From NCBI GenBank assembly GCA_003971905.1, contig RSEE01000007.1, forward strand, positions 806,001 through 870,000: DNA of 64,000 nucleotides. Direction: 5' to 3'. The notes beneath the pieces were generated by a model that was given only the letters and a program-made list of their open reading frames with translations, was not told the origin of the DNA and did not search any database. Positions 50,337-60,583 of this stretch are shown piece by piece; within the stretch, counting starts at the first letter, position 1, and each line of letters opens with the position of its first letter. This stretch comes from Moniliella sp. 'wahieum'. Lineage: Eukaryota. Position numbers and translations under genes: made by a program.

Positions 50337-51017
50337 TTAGGCCGCCACTTTCTTAGGGAAGAAGACAGGAGTGTAGACCTTAAGGTAGAGCAGCTTGGCG
50401 CCCTGCGTCTGCGGCAGCTGCAGCCAGAGGAGGAAGAGAGTCTTCAAGGTATAGTAGGACGGGATCCAGTAGAGCAACACGGGGAGAAGGACTCGAGGAT
50501 GGTGAGGAAGCCGTACGAGACCCAGTACATGGTCCTACATGCCGCTGTTAGTATCGTGTCCAGAGCACCAAGGAGCGACAAAAGCATCAAGTACGTACCA
50601 CTGCTTGTCGTCGTCAGTGCCCGGCGTCTCGAGGGCACGGAGGGAGAGGTAGGTGGGCAGCGCCACGCCAACAAAGTTGGTCAGGAACGTGGCGGCAATG
50701 TTGAAGAAGATGGCGGTGGTCACAATGACAAAGAGACCGATGGTGCCCCATGCCTTGGGGACATGGGTCAGCTGCTCGGCCTTGACGAGCGCGGGGTACT
50801 GGGCCAGCTGGGACGGGAGCCGAGGTCAGAAGCAGATCGAGACAGGCACAGCGGGGACAGAGGACGAGGGAGCTGCAGCTGCAGCCCACGGCGTACGTAC
50901 CTCCTTGTCAATCTGGGCAATGTAGTAGTTGATCTTGGCGTGCACGCTCTTGACCTGGGGAGGAACATTGACGTTGCGCAGGCCCTGGAGCTGGGGGGGG
51001 AGCTGGAACGACGACAT
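50337..51017 (-). CDS. YOP1: Yop1/REEP5 (TB2/DP1/HVA22) ER-shaping protein
   Basis: YIAQIDKE | LAQYPAL..EQLTHVPKA, TNFVGVALPTYLSLRALETPGTDDDKQW | ..YWVSYGFLTILESF, WIPSYYTLKTLFLLWLQLPQTQGA. Two GTACGT introns. Confidence 0.92.
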
Positions 51018-51759
51018 GGCGAGCGCAGCGGATGGAGGAGAGGTGGTGGGGCGGTGCTGGGTCGCGCGACGAGGTGCGCTCCCGCCAGCGCCCGCTGGAC
51101 GCAGCACCGCACCTGCCCACGGCATGTGTGAGATTACACAGGGCCGCACAGGGGCAGTGCACACCCCTCAGGAGCGCCATGGCAGCGTCAATGTGGGACG
51201 CCGCTTGTGGCACGGCGCCGGTGTGGGTGAGAGGGCTGCGCGGCTGGTGCCCCGACACCGCATGGCGCCAGTCTCCTGGTCCCTGAAACGTTTCCATCGC
51301 ACGGCGGGGCCACAGGCGCCCGCCCGGTTCCAGGTGCGCTGGAAACGCCTCCTATTCCTGGACGATTGAACGGTGATTGATTATTGATTCTGCGAACCAG
51401 CCGGGTTTGGTCGGGCTCGGCGGGGGAGCTTGGTGCCGACTTGGCATAGGTTACCTAGCCACCATTAATATTCAGCTTGCCCGCTTGGATTGTGCTACAC
51501 CGGTAACCCTCTCCAATAAGCACACGTATGTCATTGCGACCCACACTACCCGTGCGGCCCTCGGAAATACCATGCACTGTGGAATTTGGCTCGCTGGCAG
51601 CGAGTCCCGTACCCATATACGTCAGTAGTCCCCCAAGGCCGACCTGGGCAAGGACGAGCGAATAAAGGCATTGCGGGTATGAAGCATGAAGCAACAGAAC
51701 ATCCGTACAAAGCGGGAAAAGCCTATCGGGGTGGCACAAGACAGATTTGTTGGGCGGGA

Positions 51760-52615
51760 CTACTTGGGGTTGCAACGCAGAACGACGGGCAGGGGCGCCG
51801 GCACGAGTTCGGGTCCATTTCCGCAGGCCAGCTCGAACTTTGGCTGAAGCACCTTGGTAAAGCAGCCTTGCGACAAAGTCAGAGCCGAAGCAGTAAGGGG
51901 GGCAGCGATGGATACATACTGTGGAAAAAGTCGTCGGCGTAGAGGGCGGTCTGGACCAGGCCGGCGATGAAGCCGTAGGTATTAAAATCAGCTGTGCCGT
52001 GGAAGATGAGAATGTAAAGCCAGTTGGGCAAGTACAGCGCCCTCTGTAGGCACCCAGTGCAAAGATGCAACGTGTGGTGATTGTCTCGGCCTCGCCCGTG
52101 CGCTGCAACAAGAAGAACTGGGGTAGGATGGCGACAGCCTCGAGGAAGATTGAGAAGGACCAAAGGATCGAAGTCGGTGTGAGTTCGGGATGGAAGATGA
52201 GACGCAGAACGGCAGAGGGTCCAATGAGATATGATAGTGGCAAGCTGTCAAGAGAAGGGTTGTGGGTTCGCCTGAGGGCCCAAAAAAAGATGGTGCCAGG
52301 TCAGAAGAGTATACACTACAGTACAGCCCAGACAGCTCACGTACCGCGGTACTTTTGACCTGAATCAGGTAGAGGATGGCAGCGGACGACCCGATAAAGA
52401 AGAGTTTCATGCACACCAGATAAATGGTGAACGTCCATCCAAAGGGCGAAGTACTGAAGAGGTCGAGGCAGCAGCGAGTGACAAAACGATAAAGTACAAC
52501 AGTTGGCTCTTGAAGCTGAGTCCACGCGTGATGTGGCGGGTGTGGATCGCGTAGAGCAGCAACGCAATGCTGGCGAAGTGGGAAAGATGGGCGGCAATTC
52601 GGAAAAGATGTTCAT
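51760..52615 (-). CDS. ERD2: ER lumen protein-retaining (HDEL/KDEL) receptor, divergent
   Basis: MNIFRIAAHLSH, GLSFKSQLLY, MKLFFIGSS, LWSFSIFLEAVAILPQ, RTGEAETITT, FALGAYRALY..NW, AGLVQTALYADDFF. Two introns; 3' end approximate. Confidence 0.9.
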
Positions 52616-53283
52616 GGCTGACAGTGCCCAGGACGACGGGCGAGGAACTGGGGCCGGCGCTTGCACACAGACGATCGTCGGCCCGCGACGGGGATGGGTT
52701 GTTTTGGAAGCGCACTTGTGGCCACATGCTCGTCCCTTCAGGTTGTGCCCACCCTCGAAAAGCTCATGATAATGGAGCGCGGCTACGCGCTAACGTCAGC
52801 TTGGCGTGGCGCTACCTAGCGCAACTCGCCCCCATCTTCACAACCAGTTGAAAGCCTCCGCCAGTTTCAACCTTTACTAGTTGTGACGAAAAAAACAGGA
52901 CGCAAGAGAGAGACCGATAACGATGAAGGTTTATTTATCGAAAGGGAGACAGGTGTCACCAGGCGGCACAGATGAGAGAGGCGTCAAGCTTCAAGAGACA
53001 AAATGAAGTGGACAGAGGGGGAAATATACTGATTGACACACGGCTAGAATCTCCAAGGGGGTGGGTTATGAGTAGAAAACGCTCTAAGCAGCCCGGGGGT
53101 ATGAGATGATGTATGTGCTGATGTGGATATAGGAGGGGAATAAACAATGCGGTTTTGAGAGTGGTGTAAGAGCCCGCAGAGAATTGTTGGCCGTGTGATG
53201 AAAATGTGAATCGTAAATGTGGGTAGGAGAAGAGTGTTTGCCTATATATGCTGCATCCGCACAGCGAGGCAAAGGACAATCAG

Positions 53284-55984
53284 TCACCCCATGAGGGGTG
53301 AGAACTTTAAGGGGTCCAAGCTGACCCCATCGCCCTCGCCTCCAAGACGATCGTCGCCATCCGATGAGAGAGGGAAGAACTTCTCAATTGGACTAAGAGG
53401 AATGCCCGCCGAGGGGACCGAAATTTCGTGCACGGGCTGCTTGATGCTCTTGAATCCAGAAGGGAGTCCCCAGGGGAGACGAGTGTCAAACAGGAGAGTG
53501 AATCATCAAAATCAGAGTTGGGTGAAGCTCTCTCTCATCGAACTCAAACTCCCTCACGCCCAGAGTATCCATAACCGGGTCAGGAGGGGGCGGCATGAGT
53601 GTTTCGTTGGTTGTGGTGGGCAAGAAAGGGGAGGGGGAAGATGCGTGCTTCTTGAGTGCCCCGGCCACATCACGGACCAGCACTGTATCGCGTCCTGTCC
53701 AGGAGGGAGCGCACATGAGCGACTGACAAGAAGGGGGCAAAAGGCGCTCCAATGAAAGAAACACGCTGGCACCCAGCGCTTTTTTGGGTGCGCGTGCAGC
53801 CGAGAATGAGAGCGGAGAACGGGGCAGAGACTTGGACTGGGTGTACAAGGTTCGGCTGGGGATGCTAGGGAAGAACCACAAGCAGCGAGTCAGGGATGCT
53901 TCTCGCGATCCCTCAGACAGCTGTAAATCAAAGAACTCATTGTTCTCAACGGTGGAAGCGGAGTGCCGTGGGGATGAAATGGCCATGTTGGTCGGCAGAT
54001 TGGAATCAGGTGGGCAGAAACTGGTGCGGTCGGAAACGTCCCCGTGGAACCCGAGGCGACGGACCAATACAACCCAGGGGATTGCATGCCAAAAGATACT
54101 TGGGAGGGCACACGCTTCTCCTTATTTGCGAGACCCAATCAAGGGATGGGTACCCCTTTGAAGCAAGAGCCAGCTCAGGCACAGTGTTGGACCTTGGCTT
54201 TGATGAACCTTTCTTCCATGGATTGGAGAAAGTGATTGGAGGTGCCAGCATCCTTGATTCCGATTCTCCACTCCTACGGAGTAGGAACGCTGCATGACAT
54301 CTGCTCGCTGAGGAGGCATAAGTAAAGTTGGCGGCATGGTATCACGGTCCCCAATCGAAGGATGCTGCGGCGCAGATGCATCAAGCATCATCATCCGTGG
54401 AGAGACGGGATTAGAGAGTGCGCCAGATAGGCACAAAGACGAAGGGAGGGGGTGGGCCTTCAAGGAAGAGGCGCGATTCGGTTTTTTCGAGTGAGCGCGC
54501 TCCACGAACGACTCCGGCGCCGGCCGCTTTAACGGGAGGGGATACAATTTTGTGGACGCAACAGAACCAACCGGCTCCTCCCCCTGCTCCTTGCAGAGAA
54601 AGCCCGGCCCATTCACATGGCCCTTCAAGAATGGAGAGGCCTGTCGCGAAGGTATAACGAGCTTGTGAAATGGTGTCATCGGGACATCCACCCCGCGCAT
54701 TTCCTCGGGAGACAGGAGTTCCATGATTTGATCTTGTTAAACTGCCGGGTCTGGTCATTGTACCGAAACTCCGCCACGTATAGCTGCTCTGTCAAGGGGT
54801 TCCACACTGTGTGGCGGGCCGTCCTCGAATAAAGCGGGTGTAAAACATAACAAAACACCGTTCCAGCACATCTTGGATTTTGTGGTCTACCACCAAACCG
54901 GTCTTGAACACCTCGTTAGGAAGAAACTGGCGCGAGGGCGGATGCACCGTTTCTTCTGGTCGGTTGTACCAGCATACTGAAACATAACATTGCCCGCTGA
55001 CTTTGGCTGGCTCCGATGAAGGAAAAGTGGTGGGGGAAGTGGTCGAATCCGACTTCAAGGATGGGGACGTTGGCGTCCCGGTTTGATCCGTCTTGCGTAG
55101 CACCTTGAAAATCTGTCCTACAATGGGTTTGGCTGGGTTAGAAGGATTAAGCACGTGGACCCAGTCACCCACGCGGTATGTCTGGCCTTTGTACTCAATT
55201 TGGCTGAGAAAGGTTTTTTCGCGACCGTGAAGACGTGAATGGGAGGAGACCAAGTCGGCGGTCGAGGTAGGGAGCAAGTCCATAGCGGCCTGGGCCAAGG
55301 CGGATGCCTCCCCGCATGAATCTAAGCCTCGGGAGAAAACGTGCTGTGCCCCCTCTCCAGGGCCAACAGGGATGGAGGTAAATGGGATGGGCTCGAGGGA
55401 AAAACGATTGGCCACAGCGCCATATGAGCCTCGATCGCCTGGGTCGAGCTTGCGGCGGGCCAGGCGACAAGCTCATGGTACGCACGCTGGATCCTCACGA
55501 CCTGCCCGTATCCAGGACTTCCAACAGGGTTGGCCAGGCGAGCGTTTGCAAAGAGACGTAGCATGTCCTTCTCGAATGCAGCTGGTGAAGGGAAGGCGTG
55601 TGCTGCAATCTTTCGTTCAATCGTGAGCAACGAAAGGGGCTCAGACACCTGGGTGTTGGGAGGATGAGAGGACAGCGTATTAGTCACACACACGTAAACA
55701 AAATGAGCGGCGCATCTGCGTACCTTGGCGAAGTGCTTAGCGTCGGAAAAGGAGTCCGGGCAGAGGTCCAGGGTATGGAGGGGAAGAAAAGGGGCGGGGT
55801 AGCGAGGGTGGCGTGCTGGGGTAAGGTGGCGGAGGTGGTCCACTACTGACGAGTAAACGGCATGGGCGTTGGCGCGTGCGGACACTTTCTCTCCGGCTGG
55901 CAAGGGTGGTAGGTGAAGCCACGAATCGCAAGCAGCAGTGGACGTGGAACGAGGGGTGGTAAGGTGAGTGGTCTTGGAGGCCAT
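53284..55984 (-). CDS. Rsc1/Rsc2-like chromatin protein: one degenerate bromodomain plus BAH domain
   Basis: EPLSLLTIERKI..FEKDMLRLFANARLANPVGS (bromodomain; intron 55649-55723). BAH: YKGQTYRVGDWVHVLNPSNPAKPIVGQIF, VCWYNRPEETVH, FLPNEVFKT, RYNDQTRQFNKIKSWNSCLP. 3' end approximate. Confidence 0.85.
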
Positions 55985-57483
55985 GTTGGGGGGGCACAAA
56001 AGAGGCAGAGTAAACGGATGTGTGTGGACGGTGGTGTGATGCACAAAAAACCGGTAAGAAGAGGGAGCACGGTTGCGGGCAGATGGAGATAATGATGGCG
56101 ATATCCTTCCTTGGAGGAGGGACAATGGAGAAAGAGATGGAGAAGAATGCGAAAGGGAGGAAGGAGCTGGGGAAACGGGGGCTATGTGTTGCGAGAGCAA
56201 AACAACGGCGCCCCACACCGTTTGGGGCTTGGAAGGCCCTGAGCGCCCTGAGCGCTGATGCATGATGCATGGTGCTGTTGGGGCAATGGGCACACGGGCG
56301 CTGTACCAGCTCGTGCCCCTTGTGGCGCAACTCGGTGCCAGCAGGGCGCCAGTGCACGGGTGACGTTGGCACATCCGCCACAGGGGCACAGTCCCCTGCT
56401 ATCTGCCGTCCAAGCCAAGACCCTGAGACACACCCCGGACCTGGGCGCCCTGAGATCCTGAGATTCTGAGAGCTTGAGGCGTCCGAGAAGGACATGAGCG
56501 CCTGGATGTGGCCTAGGCCGGAGCACCTGAGCGCTGGAACCTGCTTGAGCCCCCCAAGCCACACACCGCCGAAGATGCCCACATCCAACGGGCCACGCTC
56601 TGCCTCGCCACAGTGCTGGCATGCCTCTGTAGCCACGCCACCACCGCCACTCCAACTAAGAGCACAACACCCTACTTTGAGTCTGCTGTTGGTTTCCGGT
56701 CCCGTTTTCCGTCACGCGTCACGCGCCATTGTCCTCGACTTCATTTCATCAGTCAGCGCCCAGCCATGCAAACGTCACCGGCGTCACCGGGTCACCCCTT
56801 CAGGCGCACATGGCACGTGTAACAGTCGGGGCTAGTAGTCGAGCGAGACCAAGGGCTGTCAGAGACGGAGGGGGAAATGATGGCCAGGTCGTTATCGTGT
56901 GGTAGAAAACAGGAGGCATCGGGCGAGAGAGGGAACAGAAGCAATGGATGGGAAAGGGCTGAGCAGCTGTTCTCCAGTGGAGATGCCGTCCGACAGCCGC
57001 GGTCACGGCCTTGGTTACCCACATAGTTGAGTGGCGTATGGAACGGTGGACTATAATAGCAGTGGCAAAAATGACCCCAAACAGCTCGCCGTGGCTCAGC
57101 CGTGTTTCCTGGCGCCTGTTCTACGGGCTTCTGTTTTTTTGAATCGTCGTACCCTTGCCCTGATTCTCTCTCAGTCCATCTACCTAACTTTCCTTTCAGA
57201 CCGACTGTCTAACACGCCGGTATCATACCGCTCAAGCCAATCCTGAGTTCCACTGGCTTGCCATATTTTCGCAATGGACCCCCCTAGTATGCGGGTCCGG
57301 CACGTGGCATATGCCTTTGCTGTAGTGCGGTATGTGCTGAAGGATATGCGTCTGTGCTCCTCTATGTATTGCTCTGTGTGTCGCAATCGGGCGGAGACGC
57401 CAGAGACAGTAGATCCCCTTTCAGACCGATTGCGAGCCCTGGGAATCAAGGGGCTTCCAGCTCCCCCAGTCCTGGAACGCTTA

Positions 57484-58848
57484 CTAGGCCAACAGCCGCG
57501 TCAGCAACTCGACCAGTTGCTCATTCTCTTCCTTGGTTCCAATCGTGATGCGTAGGCACCCAGGGCATCCCAACTCCTTGGAACGGTCACGAACAACAAC
57601 GCCATATTTCTCAGCCATGACCTTGTATACCTGGCCAGCCCGTGCCGAGTCCGGTTGAGCGTTTGCGTCCGACCGGGGACGGTCCAAAACCGGGACAAGG
57701 ACAAAATTGGCATCATTGCTCCCCTTTGCTTGCCCCAAAGCTGGAATCTTGCTCAACGCATCTAGGAGCCAGGCCGGTTCGCAATGAGCGTCGTAGGTTG
57801 TTCCGCATCTTCTCCAGCCCGGCATCGCTTAGGGCCAGTGAGGCCAGACGAGCGGCAGGCACCGAGACATTGTACGGTGCTTTGGTGTTGTTCATGATCT
57901 GATCAGAGGGGGTGAAGCGTACGCCACGCCCATGCTAACAGTACGAGGGAGTAAAGGGTTAGTGGTGTCCTGGTAAAGGGAAGATAAACATACCGCACAC
58001 CCGCCAAGCCATACGCCTTGCTCAGCGTCTCCGTAACGATCACATTCGCATACTTGTTGACAAGTGGTACAGCGGACACTGGCGGTCAGCAGCGCGTTTG
58101 CCTTCACGAATCTCTTGCTCAGCAAAGTCAATATAGGCTTGATCAACAACCACCAAACCGTTCCAGCGATCAAAGTTGGCGATCGACTCGATAGCCTTCA
58201 TCGAAAGAGTGTGCCAGTCGGGTTGCCAGGAGAGCAGAGGAAGACAGCCTTAATGCTGGGGTCTTTTGCTAGGTGGATAGGATGGCCTCCGTGTCGAGAG
58301 CAAAGCGGCCATTTTCCCCCTTCACCTGTGCCCGGAGCTGGATCGACAATCAAGGGTACCTTGACCACCTCAAGTTCGTTCACTGCTGCACACACAGCGT
58401 ACATGCCATACGTGGGCGGACAGATGAGATCTTGTCTTTCCCAGGACGGCCGACGATGCGCTGAATCAGATCCAGCACCTCGTCCGAGCCGACGCCAAGC
58501 ATACGTTCTCCTCACCTCGACGCCGCGAAGAGTTGCGAGGCGTTTCTTGACGCCAAATAGGGACGGGTCAGGGTACCTGTGAAGCGGCAAGCGCAGCAGA
58601 TCCGCCTCCTCGCTTTCTACCGAGCCTGGCACTGTATCGGGGTGGTGCAGGGAGGCCATGGCCTAGGCTGTTCTCATTGGCGTCCAGCAGGACACCCTCT
58701 TGGTAGTCGTCGCGGGCACAGCGGTAGGGCTGGAGAGCGAGGATGTTGGGACGGATGAGGGTGGTGAGGTCGAAATGGGCAGGCTTGAGCGTGGCCTGAA
58801 GGTGGGCCGCCCTCTCGGCGCTGATCCGGGGATGGCGAGGGAGGACAT
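57484..58848 (-). CDS. HIS5: Histidinol-phosphate aminotransferase
   Basis: IRPNILALQPYRCARDDYQEGVLLDANENSLG, HRYPDP, CPPTYGMYAVCA, FLCSPGNPTG, VVVDQAYIDF, TLSKAYGLAGVR (PLP lysine), KAPYNVS, DANFVL, GCLRITIGT. Confidence 0.96.
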
Positions 58849-59233
58849 GGGGTGGGGGTGAGACGGTCTGGCAAAGTGGCACGGCGGACAGCGGAGATGT
58901 GAGTGTCCGTGGGCCATTTGATACCGCGCCGCGTGTGGGATTCTTCTCCGTCCTAGCAGCTGGACAATAAATCGTCACGTTACGCCGCGGCACACACCCG
59001 CCGCTTGCAACTTTCAATCGCAGCCCACTCGAAGTGAAATGTGCAGCTCCTGTGGGGGCGCTTACGGCAGCCAGTTCGACCCGCGGGCGACCAGCAGAGG
59101 CCGCGGCCGATAGCAACGGCGCCGATCATCGAATCGACACCGAGCATCATCGACATGCTTCATCCTGGCTCGGTGCTCACACCGACACCAACCCACTCGC
59201 GCCGGCCACCCGATCCACGTCTGGCTGCCCAGG

Positions 59234-60338
59234 ATGGAGATGCTCTCCTTCAATGTCGACAATGGCTACCTCGAGGGCGTGGTGCGCGGTTACATGAACG
59301 GCCTCTTGACAGCCAGCAGTTCCAAACCCTCACCCAGTGCGAGACGCTTGAGGATCTGCGCATGCAGCTCTCGGCCACCGACTATGGCAACTTCCTCGCC
59401 AACGAGCCCTCCCCCCTGACCACAAGTGTCGTCCTCGACCGTGCCACCCGCCGCATGGTGACTCAGTTCGAGTACCTGCGCGAAAACGCAGTGTACCCTC
59501 TGAGCAAGTTCCTTGACCTCGTCACCTACGCCTACATGATCGACAATGTCATCCTCCTCATCACCGGCACACTCCACGAGCGCGACACACACGAGCTCCT
59601 TGAGCGCTGCCACCCCTTGGGCTGGTTCGACACGCTCCCAGCCCTCAGTGTGGCCAACACTGTCGATGAGCTGTACAGACCGTGTTAGTTGAGACCCCAC
59701 TGGCCCCCTATTTCCGCGACTGTCTCTCGGCCGCGGACCTGGACGACCTCAACATTGAGATCATTCGCAACACTCTACAAGTCGTATCTCGAGGACTTTT
59801 ACCAGTTTTCGCTATCTCTTGGCGGGGGTGACGACCGAGGCGATGCAAGACTTACTGCCTTTGAGGCTGATCGCCGCGTCATCTCCATCACGGTCAACAG
59901 TTTGGTACCAGCCTGACCAAGGAGGAGCGAGCCCGTCTCTTCCCCTCCATTGGCAAACTCTACCCGGCCGGAAACAACGCGTTGGCTCGTGCAGACGATG
60001 TGGAGCAGGTCAAGGCCGTGTGCGACATGGTTCCAGAGTATAAGTCCTTCTTTGATGCCCCGCCAGGACAGGAAGAGGCTCAATTGGACCATCTGGAAGA
60101 CAAATTTTCCAAAGAGGAAGTGAGGATCAATAAAATCCTCACCATCCAACAGTTTAACTTCTCCATCTTTTACGCCTGGACTAAGCTCAAAGAACAGGAA
60201 ATTCGTACCCTTGGTTGGATTGCGGAGTGCATTGCTCAAGGCGCCCGAGGTTCGTATCTTATCCTCTACCGTTGCTATGTGGCGGACACTGATACTGCGT
60301 TTCTTCACAGACCGCATTGCGACTACATCAATGTATGA
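59234..60338 (+). CDS. VMA6: V-type ATPase V0 subunit d, copy 2
   Basis: Same protein as 4463-5573 with a handful of substitutions. Intron 60250-60310 at the identical position after QGAR; ends DYINV*. Several small frameshifts. Confidence 0.96.
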
Positions 60339-60583
60339 TTCTCTTCCACCTCCATCTGCCCTGTGTCCCATTGCCTCTCACATCTCAATACCAAAAATCT
60401 CATCATTTTGGCAGCCGCGTGCCTCTTAGAATACATGTTCGCCACCATTACTATGAGCCGACGGATAAGTTGTACATGCATCCAAAGCGGTAAAATGATC
60501 AAGCATTTGTGTAGCTCCATCAATCGGAGTGGAAACATGGCAATAATCAAATGAATAGGAAAGGACGGCAAGGGCACAAGAGC

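Noticed and set aside
5482..55723. In-frame, stop-free introns (VMA6 63 nt, L2HGDH 60 nt, RSC-like 75 nt) as regulated intron retention
   Set aside because: Short GC-rich introns are often stop-free by chance, and there are too few cases to support it.
59234..60338. Second VMA6 as a simple assembly duplicate or allele
   Set aside because: Dense synonymous divergence, unalignable introns, different upstream genes and a very different PET127 neighbour argue for true paralogy.
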